A DNA stretch of 33,491 bases from Candidatus Coatesbacteria bacterium (GTDB lineage: Bacteria > JAFGND01). The notes beneath the pieces were generated by a model, which had not been told where the DNA came from, did no database searches, and saw nothing but the letters and a program-made list of their open reading frames with translations. Of the stretch, positions 1 through 10,007 are shown piece after piece. Position 1 is the stretch's first letter. Every line of letters starts with the position of its first letter. The stretch is from contig JAFGND010000070.1 in NCBI GenBank assembly GCA_016927185.1, positions 1 to 33,491 on the forward strand, given 5' to 3'. A program made the translations under genes and the position numbers.

Positions 1-6
1 GAAAAC

Positions 7-31
7 GCAGGGATAGAAATGATATCCCTGC
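7..31. terminator. Stem-loop, possible terminator
   Basis: Perfect 9-bp inverted repeat GCAGGGATA-N7-TATCCCTGC followed by an A/T-rich stretch. It may overlap the end of an upstream CDS (frame 1 reads ENAGIEMISLQI*). Confidence 0.4.
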
Positions 32-146
32 AAATTTAAAAAAAGGAATAAAAACAGAAACATTTCTTGCATATTCATGTATCCAATAAAAAATACTTTA
101 CAACAGAACCGTCTTATATATTATTGGAAAACATAAGGAGGTTTGA

Positions 147-560
147 ATGACAAAAATTTTCTTGATACTAGTTATAACAGCGGCTTTAATCTGGGCAGAA
201 GGAGAAGATGATATAGGATTCAGCATCAGTGCAGGTAACACAATGCAATCAACAACAGCTGGTGAAACAGTTCATTTCAAAATTACCCTTGTAAACAGCT
301 CTTCTTCAGGAGCTATTTACACTCTCAAGACAATCCCTGTAAAATCTCCTTCAGGATGGTCAACAATGATTTGTCAGGGAGGCGTATGCAGTCCTGTTAG
401 TGAAATGCAGACTACTGAAGTTCCTGCAGGAGGAAGCCTTGCACTGGAGTTTTCAGTAATAACTGAGGAAGCAGGCAAAGGAATTTACAGATTCCAGGTT
501 TTCCCCCAGAGTAGTCCTGCAAAAACAAGGACATATAAATTCACGGTGACTGCTGAATGA
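147..560 (+). CDS. Secreted hypothetical protein, probable Ig-like beta-sandwich
   Basis: AAGGAGG SD, signal peptide, beta-rich pattern (GETVHFKITLVN, W, CxxxxC). ATGA overlap with the next gene. Confidence 0.75.
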   Translation: MTKIFLILVITAALIWAEGEDDIGFSISAGNTMQSTTAGETVHFKITLVNSSSSGAIYTLKTIPVKSPSGWSTMICQGGVCSPVSEMQTTEVPAGGSLALEFSVITEEAGKGIYRFQVFPQSSPAKTRTYKFTVTAE

Positions 561-1960
561 AAAAAATTCAATTCTTGATAATAATCCTTTTACTGACAAC
601 AGATTATCTCTTTACTGATCAAGGAGAAGTTTCCTTGAAAAAACTTGGAAAAACTGACAGCCCCAACAGGACAGTATATGGTTATCATCCTTACTGGGTA
701 ACTTCTTCCTGTGTTGACAATTACAGATGGGAACTGCTTACGCATATTGCTTGCTTTTCTGTCGAAGCGACAAGTACTGGAACTTTCAGCAACAAGCATA
801 GCTGGCCATCAGGTTCATTGTGGCAAAAGATAATAACCAATGCTCATAATAATAATGTAAAAGTGACTCTTGTCTGCACGCTTTTCGACTCAGCAGCACT
901 CCGCACTCTCCTTTCTTCATCAACTTACAGAAACAGGCTTATACAAAATCTGCTCACAGAAGTGCAGAATGGCAATGCAGATGGAGTAAATATTGATTTT
1001 GAGGAAGTCCCTGGAGATCAGCAGACAAATCTGACAACTTTCATGACTGATCTTAACAATACCTTCAAGAATGCACGAGCTGATTATCACGTTACTCTTT
1101 GCGGACCTTCAGTAGACTGGAGAAATGCCTTTCATTATGAAAACCTAATGAAAAATACTGATGGGATAATGATTATGTGCTATGGATACTATTATGGTGG
1201 TTCATCAACAGCTGGACCAGTGAGTCTTCTTCAAAAAGGTGATGGCTGGAGTACATATAATGTAAAATGGACAATAAATGACTATCTGTATTATGGCAAG
1301 AACCAGAATGATAAAATGATTCTTGGTATTCCATATTATGGAATTGACTGGCCTACAAATACTGATGCTGCTCACAGCTCCACAAGGGGAACAGGAACCT
1401 CTGTAACATACAAGAATGCTGTCGTGAATGCGAATACCTATGGAAGGAAATGGCAGGAAGATGTAAAGAATCCATGGTACTCATATAGCAGCAGCGGTTA
1501 TCATCAATGCTGGTATGACGATGATGAAAGTCTAGGCTACAAATATGATGAAGTAATAGCTAATAATCTTCAAGGTATTGGTATCTGGGCTTTAGGTTAT
1601 GATGATGGCAGAAGTGAACTCTGGGATAAAATAGAGGAGTATTTCAGCCAGTTGACTGGGTTCACTACAAGCAAGAAACGATTACCCAATGATACTGGCT
1701 TGCTAAAAGCTTTTCCCAATCCTGTTCTTGATAAGCTTTGTTTCCAGTTTTCAGCAGATAAGTCAGGTAATTACAAGCTTCTTTTATATGACATCAATGG
1801 CAGGCTGATAGAAACCTTTGTTGATAAGAATATTTCGAAAGGAACTTATCACGGCAAGATTAATATTTCAGGAATAAGAGGGATAAAAAAAGGTGTCTAC
1901 TATCTCAGATTGCAGGGAATTAGTAATGATTGTATCAAACTGGTTTACCTGGGTAGATAA
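557..1960 (+). CDS. Glycoside hydrolase family 18 (chitinase/chitobiase-like) with T9SS type A-like C-terminal sorting domain
   Basis: Signal peptide; DGVNIDFE catalytic motif; LGIPYYG, WYDD and GIGIWALGYD motifs; C-terminal FPNP...YDINGR...GVYY...KL. Confidence 0.9.
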   Translation: MKKIQFLIIILLLTTDYLFTDQGEVSLKKLGKTDSPNRTVYGYHPYWVTSSCVDNYRWELLTHIACFSVEATSTGTFSNKHSWPSGSLWQKIITNAHNNNVKVTLVCTLFDSAALRTLLSSSTYRNRLIQNLLTEVQNGNADGVNIDFEEVPGDQQTNLTTFMTDLNNTFKNARADYHVTLCGPSVDWRNAFHYENLMKNTDGIMIMCYGYYYGGSSTAGPVSLLQKGDGWSTYNVKWTINDYLYYGKNQNDKMILGIPYYGIDWPTNTDAAHSSTRGTGTSVTYKNAVVNANTYGRKWQEDVKNPWYSYSSSGYHQCWYDDDESLGYKYDEVIANNLQGIGIWALGYDDGRSELWDKIEEYFSQLTGFTTSKKRLPNDTGLLKAFPNPVLDKLCFQFSADKSGNYKLLLYDINGRLIETFVDKNISKGTYHGKINISGIRGIKKGVYYLRLQGISNDCIKLVYLGR

Positions 1961-1963
1961 ATA

Positions 1964-2872
1964 TTGACAGACTTTGATAAACCAAATCTTACTCTTGTAT
2001 TTCCTAACTGGAATGGAAAGGATGATACACTTGAATTTCTTGACAGCCTTCTCAAGATAACTTATCCAAAAGACAAGATAGAGATTATTGTTTCCGATAA
2101 TGGTTCAAAAGATGGTTCCCTTGAAGCAATACCAGATAAACTGAAAGAGCTTGAAAAAGCGGGATTCAAATCCGCTTTCATGCATGAGAATGGTTTAAAT
2201 GTAGGAGCAATAATTGCTTATAATGAAGGACTCGCTCAATCTAAAATTCCCGGAAAATACGTATTGAAAACAGACAATGATATCATAATAGCACCAGATT
2301 CAATAGATATCCTGGTAGAATATATGGAAAACAATATTGATTCAGGTATTGCAGGTCCCAGGGTTTACTACTATGATAAGCCTGATGAAGTTGCACATGC
2401 AGCAGGTTTCCTTGAATGGGGAGTATCAAAGAGAAATGACAGGGATAGTGAAGAAATTATTGAATCAGAATACCTTACAGGTTGCTGCATGCTGATAAGA
2501 AAAGAAGTTATAGAGAAACAGGGATTCTTTCTTGATGAAAACTATTTTGTCTATAATGATGATCTTGATCTGTCCTTGATGTGCAGGAAACTTGGATACA
2601 AGAATGTGTATATACCTTATGCAAAATGCTGGCATAAAGTTTCAGCTTCTACAGGAAGGCAGAAAAAATCGCCATTTGCAATATATCACGATTTCAGAAG
2701 CAGACTTTATTTTGTTCATAAATATAGCAGCATTTTTTTCCTTATATTCTATTGGGCTATAATGCCTTACATACTTTTAAGGTGGTTAAAACAGGGCTGG
2801 CTTTTCAAGCCGGTTTTTCTTGCCTTGCTGGATTTCACATTTAAAAGACTTGGAAATAAGGGGCATTATTAA
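1964..2872 (+). CDS. Glycosyltransferase family 2
   Basis: NWNG, IIVSDNGSKDGS, DND, TGCCMLIR, YNDDLD and WHKVS motifs; TTG start. Confidence 0.9.
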   Translation: MTDFDKPNLTLVFPNWNGKDDTLEFLDSLLKITYPKDKIEIIVSDNGSKDGSLEAIPDKLKELEKAGFKSAFMHENGLNVGAIIAYNEGLAQSKIPGKYVLKTDNDIIIAPDSIDILVEYMENNIDSGIAGPRVYYYDKPDEVAHAAGFLEWGVSKRNDRDSEEIIESEYLTGCCMLIRKEVIEKQGFFLDENYFVYNDDLDLSLMCRKLGYKNVYIPYAKCWHKVSASTGRQKKSPFAIYHDFRSRLYFVHKYSSIFFLIFYWAIMPYILLRWLKQGWLFKPVFLALLDFTFKRLGNKGHY

Positions 2873-3984
2873 TGAGGATTGGAATTGCAACAGTAAGTGA
2901 GGCAAAAAGAATGGGTGGAATAGCTACTTATATAAGGGAATTATTGCCTCATTTTGCGCTACAAGCAACACAACATGAATTCTTTGTGTTCAGAAATACT
3001 GAATATGCTTTAAAGATACCAAAAGCAGATAACATGCATGATATAACATTCAAATTCAATATTAATAGCCCAAGTATAAGGAGACTTTACGAGCAGCTTG
3101 TTTTTCCATTTCTCATCAAAAAGTACAACCTTGATCTTCTACATAGCATTGATAATGTTATCCCTTTTTTATATTCAGGCAATCAAGTAGTAACAATCCA
3201 TGATGTAACACTTTTTAATACTCCAGACAGATTCACGAAATTAAAGACTCTTTATTTGAAGAATTTCGTAAGACGTACTGTTAAAAAGGTAGATCACATA
3301 ATAACCATAAGCAGCTCAACGAAGTCTGATCTTATAAAATATACTAATGCAGACGAAAGCAAGATTACAGTGATTTACGAAAGTGCAAATCATAATCCTC
3401 CATGCTCAGCAACAAATCTTCAAACAATTTATAAAGTAAAGAAACCATATTTCATTTTCATTGGTACGCTGGAACCTGGAAAAAACCTTATGCGAATGAT
3501 GAGAGCTTTTGCTCAAGCCAGGAAAGAAGCCAATCTACCTCATAAATTTGTTATTGTTGGTGGAACTGGCTGGAAATTTGAAGGAATATTAGAAGAAGCT
3601 AAATCTCTTAACCTTTGTGATGACATTATTTTCACTAAATATGTTCCACTTGAGGATCTAACATTGCTCTTGAAAGAATCTTTCGCTTTACTTTTTGCAT
3701 CATTATACGAAGGTTTTGGTCTCCCAATGGTTGAGGCATTCGAAGCTGGTATCCCGGTTCTAACCTCTAATATTTCAGCTATGCCTGAAGTTGCCGGGAA
3801 TGCAGCATTATTAGTTGATCCTTATGATGTAAATGCCATAAAAGAAGGAATAATAAGACTTGCCAGGGATGCGGATTTGAGAAAATCATTGATTGCCAGG
3901 GGAAAAGAAAGAAGAAAAATGTTTTCCTGGTCACAATGTGCATTTGAAACAATAAAAGTCTATGAATCCTTTATCAACATGTAA
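2872..3984 (+). CDS. Glycosyltransferase family 4 (mannosyltransferase-like)
   Basis: VTIHD, GTLEPGKN, SLYEGFGLPMVEA and PEVAG motifs. Confidence 0.92.
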   Translation: MRIGIATVSEAKRMGGIATYIRELLPHFALQATQHEFFVFRNTEYALKIPKADNMHDITFKFNINSPSIRRLYEQLVFPFLIKKYNLDLLHSIDNVIPFLYSGNQVVTIHDVTLFNTPDRFTKLKTLYLKNFVRRTVKKVDHIITISSSTKSDLIKYTNADESKITVIYESANHNPPCSATNLQTIYKVKKPYFIFIGTLEPGKNLMRMMRAFAQARKEANLPHKFVIVGGTGWKFEGILEEAKSLNLCDDIIFTKYVPLEDLTLLLKESFALLFASLYEGFGLPMVEAFEAGIPVLTSNISAMPEVAGNAALLVDPYDVNAIKEGIIRLARDADLRKSLIARGKERRKMFSWSQCAFETIKVYESFINM

Positions 3985-6335
3985 AACAATATACCAGCAG
4001 CAATATAGAAAAGAGCTCCAAGCCAGAAAGAATAACCAATTCCATATGAAACTGAGATACATATTGCCATTACTGATGCAATAACTGACATAGCTCCGTT
4101 TATCCCCCAGAACCATGCAAGCGGTAAATTTCCATGTTGCGTACTTGCCAGTTTGAATCCCATTGGAAAAGGCATTCCCATAAAAAAACCAATAATGAAC
4201 AGCATAGAGAAAGCAACTGGTATCCTTACAAGGTTTCTGGCAGATGAAAAACTGCTTATAATATGCGGTGTAAGGTAACCGAATAATATTACTAGAAGAA
4301 CAAGGAAAATCCAGAAAAAAGCTGTTTTCCTCATCCCGTATCGTTCAGAAACTATCCCTGATATATAGCTTCCTATACCACTTGAAACAAGCAGTGAGAA
4401 TAAAACTACAGTAAGGCTGTAAACAGGATGACCAAGAAAGATGACAAGTCTCTGCATCTGCGAAATTTCAATTGACATATAAGCAAGCCCTATACTTGCA
4501 AAGTAAATCATGTATTTGTATGATCCTGAAGGAATCATCTTGTCCCATTTCCAGGGAATGATTATGCAAAGAAGACCAAGTAGGATTACTGTAAACAACA
4601 AACTTACAAGCGTGAAAACAGGATGGCTTGGATCAAGTTTGAATACATCTGAAAGTCTGTAGAATAAGAAAAAGAACGGATTATCATCAGTATTTGGGGA
4701 TATATCATATGGATACTTCTTTATTTCTTCCTGAAGGTTTCCTGTTTCAATAATTCGTTGCAATATCCTGTCTTTAGAAGGTTCACCTGGAATAAGCATT
4801 ATCTCGAAGTTAAGTTCATTGCATATGCTTCTTATTTCCCTTAGTTCACCAGCATCAAAAGGTGATCTTGCTACCATTATGGTTCCCATGCCATTCAATA
4901 AGCCATAAGCCTGGTTGTTTCTTATAAGTATGATATGGTCAGATGCCTTTTCAGTAATATTCTTCAAACTTGATCTGGCAAGTGTCACTAGCCTGTATAT
5001 CTCGTAAGGCTTGTCATCAAGATACCATCTTGAAACAGTCAATATCCCTTTTTCATTAAGCCGGGAAATAAACAAACTCCAGGCTTCAACAGTATAGAGG
5101 CTGTTCTCAGTAAGAACATATGCCCCAGCTGCTGTCGCTGCCCAGGTGTCAATCTGGGAAATCTGTATCAAATCATAGCTATCCTTGCCTCTTGCAATGA
5201 AACTTCTTGCCTCATCATCAATCATTGTAACCTTATGATGTTTATAGAGATTACCAGAATATCCAGCGAAAGGATATTTCAGAAGTTCAATTATCTTTCC
5301 ATTGAATTCAAGACCGGTAACATGCTTCTGGTTGAAGGCTATTGCACTTAATAAGTCCCTGCCTCCGCCTATTCCAACCACAAGAACATCAGCATTTTTC
5401 CTTATGTAATGAGCTATATTAGTAATGTCATATTTAAGAAATTCTATCTCTTCATTCTTACCATTCCATTTTGTAATGACTGTTCCTGCAAGATTGTCTA
5501 TGAACAGCATTATCTGTGGAATCTTGTACTCCCTTGGAGTTTTTGATGACATTCCCCATCCAACTGGATTCACAGGCTTTTCAGGTTCACCATAAACAAG
5601 GAGTCTGGCAAAAGGAGTCCATTTTTCATATACCGGTTTCGGTTCTATACCATTCTTTGACCATACTATTGATATAAGCGGATAATTGTATCTGGCTGAT
5701 ACAAGATGCAGAAAGACCAGAAGAAATACTGATATCAGAAGATTCCTGCTTCTCTTTTTATACTTTGTATCTCCATCTTCTGCGAATATCCAGGATGCAA
5801 TTGCAGCAAGAGCTGATAGTATGGCAATTGCAGCTGGAGCATCAAGATAACTCAACACTGGTATGACAATAAGACATGCACTTGCTGAGCCAGCCAAATC
5901 AATAGCATACAGCATTCCTGCTTTCACTGGATTTGATGTCAATATAAGACATATAATCATGCCTGAAAAAGTGAATACTGTAGCTATAATCATGTAACGC
6001 AAAAAACCTGAGAATATTGCTGTCAGAGAGATGTGTAAAGCAAGAGGAATACTCAGTATTACGAAGAGGCTCAATATTATTGCCCATGCATAATAATACG
6101 AAATCCTTGAAAGATGGGATCTGCTATTCTGGAACCATTCTTTTTTTTTGTATACTATCAATGCCCCTATAGATAAACCAAAAAGTGCAAGTGAAATAGA
6201 GACAAATGCGAAATGATACCACATCGTTGCGGAAAATAGTCTTGTCAGAATCAACTCATGAAGAAGACTTGTAAGGGTGATTACAAAAAAACCAGCAATA
6301 ACCCTAAAGGAAACTTGTTCTTTGAATCCTGTTAT
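3960..6335 (-). CDS. Polytopic membrane protein with central spermidine-synthase-like SAM-dependent transferase domain
   Basis: N- and C-terminal TM bundles (ELILTRLFS, YAIDLAGSA, FLGHP, WGING); SAM motif VLVVGIGGGRD; PNTDDNPFF. The ORF track starts at TTG 6254, but the first TM helix lies upstream in frame, so I propose an ATA start at 6335. Confidence 0.85.
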   Translation of the reverse strand: MTGFKEQVSFRVIAGFFVITLTSLLHELILTRLFSATMWYHFAFVSISLALFGLSIGALIVYKKKEWFQNSRSHLSRISYYYAWAIILSLFVILSIPLALHISLTAIFSGFLRYMIIATVFTFSGMIICLILTSNPVKAGMLYAIDLAGSASACLIVIPVLSYLDAPAAIAILSALAAIASWIFAEDGDTKYKKRSRNLLISVFLLVFLHLVSARYNYPLISIVWSKNGIEPKPVYEKWTPFARLLVYGEPEKPVNPVGWGMSSKTPREYKIPQIMLFIDNLAGTVITKWNGKNEEIEFLKYDITNIAHYIRKNADVLVVGIGGGRDLLSAIAFNQKHVTGLEFNGKIIELLKYPFAGYSGNLYKHHKVTMIDDEARSFIARGKDSYDLIQISQIDTWAATAAGAYVLTENSLYTVEAWSLFISRLNEKGILTVSRWYLDDKPYEIYRLVTLARSSLKNITEKASDHIILIRNNQAYGLLNGMGTIMVARSPFDAGELREIRSICNELNFEIMLIPGEPSKDRILQRIIETGNLQEEIKKYPYDISPNTDDNPFFFLFYRLSDVFKLDPSHPVFTLVSLLFTVILLGLLCIIIPWKWDKMIPSGSYKYMIYFASIGLAYMSIEISQMQRLVIFLGHPVYSLTVVLFSLLVSSGIGSYISGIVSERYGMRKTAFFWIFLVLLVILFGYLTPHIISSFSSARNLVRIPVAFSMLFIIGFFMGMPFPMGFKLASTQHGNLPLAWFWGINGAMSVIASVMAICISVSYGIGYSFWLGALFYIAAGILFYMLIKDS

Positions 6336-7822
6336 ATCTGCAATCCTTCTGTTTTTACCATCATAAGAACCTGATAGTAAAGAAACAAAACCCTTGATAT
6401 ACCTGTTTCCATCAAAATAAGCTTGTTTTGTTCCTTATCAAACTTCTCGTTAATGACAGGTCCTTCAGTTTTCCTTTTTGCCTTCTTCTTGACAGCTTTT
6501 TCAGGAGCCGGGATAGTATTTATAAACTGGGCAACAAGTTTTCCCTGTTCAATTATCTTGTCAGTGGCAGAATGATTCTCTTTCATGTTATTATATTCTG
6601 CCCTGAGTGAGATTATTTTCTTTTCTGCAGTGTCTTTGTCCTTGACTGTCTTTTTCTTTGTTTTTCTTACTGCCTTCTTCCCCTTTTTTTCAGTACTATC
6701 TTTGCTGTCGTCCGTTGCAGAGCTTTCATCCCCGGTAATTTTATACTTCTTTTCTAGTTCAGCCAGATATTTATCTGTTTTCTCAAGCATTTCTTCAATG
6801 AATGCTTCTGAATCATATTGCTTTCGTTCTTCAGCTGCTTTCTTTTCTTCAAGTATCTTCTTCTCTGCTTTCTCAATGGAATCCTGTTTAGCTATCCTTG
6901 CATCATCTTCTTTTTTAGATGTTATCTTGCTCATATTAAGAAAAAACGGCATCAAGAATATGCTTGCAATAACAAGCAATAATCCAATTCCTCCTCCAAT
7001 CAGTATTCCGTGTATGAATTTAAGCCCCTTTTGGGGATGTTCATATTCTTCTTCGAAATCTTCTTCGTTTTCCATTTTTCCTTCCCCCTCCTGAGTTTCA
7101 CTTGATGAAAATGGAATGATTGCCAAACCGTAATTAAGTGATTCACTTTCACTCATGGAACTTGAAATCATATTTTTCAAGTCAGTACTGATATCCCTGG
7201 AAACCTTGCTTGCAGATAATGTCTTGAAAAGGTCTTCTTCCTTGATCTTATCAAAAATCTGTTTTGATACAAGATATATTGTATCGCCTTCTTCATGATT
7301 GAATCTACCTATTTTCGGGTCTAAATCTGCATTCACTCCCAGAAGCATACTTTCTGTATTATCAGACTGAGGTTCCAGGGATCCAACATTTGGTGACAAT
7401 ACTGTTGTCCTGTTTCCCCTTTTCAATATAAATTTATTACCACCAGAATTGAAGTAAAAGCATGTTGATTTATATATCAGAAGTAATCCCATGCCGAAAT
7501 GACTCTTTGGTGTAGATCTTTGATTAAGCTGGAACAAGCTTGAGTTTACTTGTGATATTATTCTTGTTATTGTATCTGGTATAGTAAGCGGAATCAATGG
7601 AGATTGATAAAGATTATCTGATATTCTTTCAAGAAATGTCTTTGCAATGCCCAGGTTCTTGTGATTTATATGGAATGGATCAAGCATCAGCAACAATACT
7701 CCTTCCCTTTCAAGGGATGAAGGTTCTATTGGTTGCCTCAGCTTGAAAATATTTGATGAAATATCTTCATCAGAACCACAATATGCAACTTTCAGGATAT
7801 CCATATTTGCAAGAATACTCAT
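6332..7822 (-). CDS. Bitopic membrane protein: degenerate PP2C/PPM-like N-terminal domain, TM helix, charged C-terminal region
   Basis: Order and spacing of GVLLLMLD, FNSGGNKFILKRG, LLG...GDTIYLVSKQIFD and LNYGLAII match PPM motifs; hydrophobic segment at about aa 270-295. Confidence 0.65.
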   Translation of the reverse strand: MSILANMDILKVAYCGSDEDISSNIFKLRQPIEPSSLEREGVLLLMLDPFHINHKNLGIAKTFLERISDNLYQSPLIPLTIPDTITRIISQVNSSLFQLNQRSTPKSHFGMGLLLIYKSTCFYFNSGGNKFILKRGNRTTVLSPNVGSLEPQSDNTESMLLGVNADLDPKIGRFNHEEGDTIYLVSKQIFDKIKEEDLFKTLSASKVSRDISTDLKNMISSSMSESESLNYGLAIIPFSSSETQEGEGKMENEEDFEEEYEHPQKGLKFIHGILIGGGIGLLLVIASIFLMPFFLNMSKITSKKEDDARIAKQDSIEKAEKKILEEKKAAEERKQYDSEAFIEEMLEKTDKYLAELEKKYKITGDESSATDDSKDSTEKKGKKAVRKTKKKTVKDKDTAEKKIISLRAEYNNMKENHSATDKIIEQGKLVAQFINTIPAPEKAVKKKAKRKTEGPVINEKFDKEQNKLILMETGISRVLFLYYQVLMMVKTEGLQI

Positions 7823-7833
7823 GATTTTTTATC

Positions 7834-8742
7834 CTACTTCTTTTTTTCTGCAGCATCTGCAGGCTTAGGCAGGTTTGTAGGCATTACCAATGGCATTGAT
7901 TTCATATCTTCAGGTAGCAGTATAAGCGTGCTGTTATTTGAACCCAGAAGTGACTTCAGCATTTCAATCTTGTACCACTGGATATAGTTTGGTGTCAGTC
8001 CCTGCGAAATTATGAGGTTATATTCCTTTATACCTTTTGCCTCCACTACTTTTCTCTCCGCTTCAAGTCTTTCCTTGTCAAGCACAAACTGCATTTTCTT
8101 TGCATGCTGCTCTGCTTCCTGCTTCTCGTTTATTGCATTCACAAGTTTTGAAGGCAGATTAACATTCCTTAAAAGTATTCTCTCTATTATAACTCCCTTT
8201 CCCTCAACAAGCTTTGCTGCCTGCAGATTTATTATTGTGTTAACTGCCTCTCTTTTCGAAGAATATAAATCTTCAGCAGTATGCTGTACTACAACATCTC
8301 TTATTACTGTTCTGAGGAGTGGTCTTATAACTTTCTGATCATAATCCTCACCAATTTCATTAAAAACCTTAGGACCTTCTGATGGAATAAGTTTATACCA
8401 TGCAGTGAGATCAAGTGAAACAGTCAAGCCTTCCTTTGTCAATGCAGTTATTGCATCATCTCCCTCTTTCTTTCCTTCTCTTGGTGCTATCGACATTGTA
8501 TATTCCTGAAGTCTTGTTGTCATTATATAAGTTCTTTCCAATAGAGGCAGTTTGAAATTGAGACCGGGCTGCATATATCTTGGCATGACTTTCCCCAGTC
8601 GGGTGACTACTGCAATATTCCCTGCTGGTACAATCTTGTAAGTGTCGCAACCTACGATTATTACAATCAAGGCAATAATTATGAACCAGAAAGCATATTT
8701 TGCTTTTCCTCTTGAAGTTTCAATTATGTGAACATCAGCCAT
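7834..8742 (-). CDS. SPFH/band 7 (prohibitin family) membrane protein
   Basis: N-terminal TM, PGLNFKLP, LTKEGL, AINEKQEAEQ and EAERKVVEAKG. Start refined to ATG 8742 (AAGGAG SD); ORF track start is 8778. Confidence 0.92.
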   Translation of the reverse strand: MADVHIIETSRGKAKYAFWFIIIALIVIIVGCDTYKIVPAGNIAVVTRLGKVMPRYMQPGLNFKLPLLERTYIMTTRLQEYTMSIAPREGKKEGDDAITALTKEGLTVSLDLTAWYKLIPSEGPKVFNEIGEDYDQKVIRPLLRTVIRDVVVQHTAEDLYSSKREAVNTIINLQAAKLVEGKGVIIERILLRNVNLPSKLVNAINEKQEAEQHAKKMQFVLDKERLEAERKVVEAKGIKEYNLIISQGLTPNYIQWYKIEMLKSLLGSNNSTLILLPEDMKSMPLVMPTNLPKPADAAEKKK

Positions 8743-8924
8743 AATTTCTCCTTTTGCATTATTTTCCTGCCAAAGCATTCAATCAAAAAGCTATTGTCAA
8801 GGAAAAAGCCTTATGATTGATTTATACTTTTTGTAACAATATTCTACTTGGAAATAATTAAAAATCAGCTTATTAAGCAGTACTAAGATTAAAGAGGAGT
8901 GAATATAATCCTCCTCTTCTCGAT

Positions 8925-9974
8925 TTATCTCAAATCAACTCTTTTCGGTATGAATATCCTTCTTAAAGTATTCCTGTTTGTGCTAATATCTCTTGATGCT
9001 GTTTTTGCACTGCTTGAAGAAGGTTTCTTTATGCTGTTTAAATTACTGGCATACATCTTCTTTATTCCTCCCCAGGTTTCTTTCTTTATACCTTCTTCAT
9101 GAAAAGGCACATAAATATAAACTGCCTGAGGAGAGAATCCTTCCTTATTAATTCCTGCTGCTATATAAACTTGCTTCCTTGTGGTCTGATTGCTTGTGAA
9201 ATTATCATAGTATGATAAACAGCGAATATTAAGGTAAGTTTCATCACCATTGAACCATTTTCCTTCCCCAAGTGTATCAACTGCGCATAAAACGAGTAAA
9301 TGACCTTCGTTTTTCTGGTCATATCTTCTAGTCCATGTTCTAGGATCATATGCAACAATCATTGAACTATCTAACTGAGTTGCTCCTTCATTAAAACAGG
9401 TAACCGCCCAGACAATACAATTCAAATCATAATCATAACCAATACCACGTAACCAGTAAGAATATGAAATGTCTGAAGGTGCATTAAAGTTGCCTTTATA
9501 TTGCATCAAAATTGGATCTACTTCACAAAGTTTGAAGTTATCCCTGTCAACAACCAGAACTCTGTAATCACCTTTATAAATCATGTAAAGACAACCGGTA
9601 TAATAACCATTCTCATCAAGCTGCACATAATCTTTATTAGACATATCTTCAATGCCAAGAAAATACAATCTCTTTGAAGTATTATCAGCTACTGCGAGAG
9701 TATCACCACTGAAACTTATGCTTATTGCATAAGGATCAATACCAGATGGTAACCATGATTTCTCCCATGTTCCTGTATTGACATCACCTCTATAAATGTA
9801 ACGTGTAACATAATTTACTATATATATTTTGTCTTTTGAAACAGTCAGTCCTGAAATATTCTGTTCTACATTATATCCTTCTGGAAGTGGATAAGATGCG
9901 ATCCTGTCTCCCATGTCTGCCAAGGATATTGAAGCAGAGAAGAAAAGAAGCAAGAATACTAAAATTCTATTCAT
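8925..9974 (-). CDS. Secreted hypothetical protein (possible beta-propeller), paralog A, with TWGGIKKMY motif and basic tail
   Basis: Signal peptide; GGAGG SD before ATG 9974 (ORF track start 9986); full-length similarity to 10008..11081. Confidence 0.8.
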   Translation of the reverse strand: MNRILVFLLLFFSASISLADMGDRIASYPLPEGYNVEQNISGLTVSKDKIYIVNYVTRYIYRGDVNTGTWEKSWLPSGIDPYAISISFSGDTLAVADNTSKRLYFLGIEDMSNKDYVQLDENGYYTGCLYMIYKGDYRVLVVDRDNFKLCEVDPILMQYKGNFNAPSDISYSYWLRGIGYDYDLNCIVWAVTCFNEGATQLDSSMIVAYDPRTWTRRYDQKNEGHLLVLCAVDTLGEGKWFNGDETYLNIRCLSYYDNFTSNQTTRKQVYIAAGINKEGFSPQAVYIYVPFHEEGIKKETWGGIKKMYASNLNSIKKPSSSSAKTASRDISTNRNTLRRIFIPKRVDLR

Positions 9975-10007
9975 TTTTACCTCCATTCAAATATAATTTT
10001 ACCAGAA

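Noticed and set aside
6585-7094. 169-aa plus-strand ORF
   Set aside because: Ser/Phe-rich antisense shadow of the Lys/Glu-rich gene.
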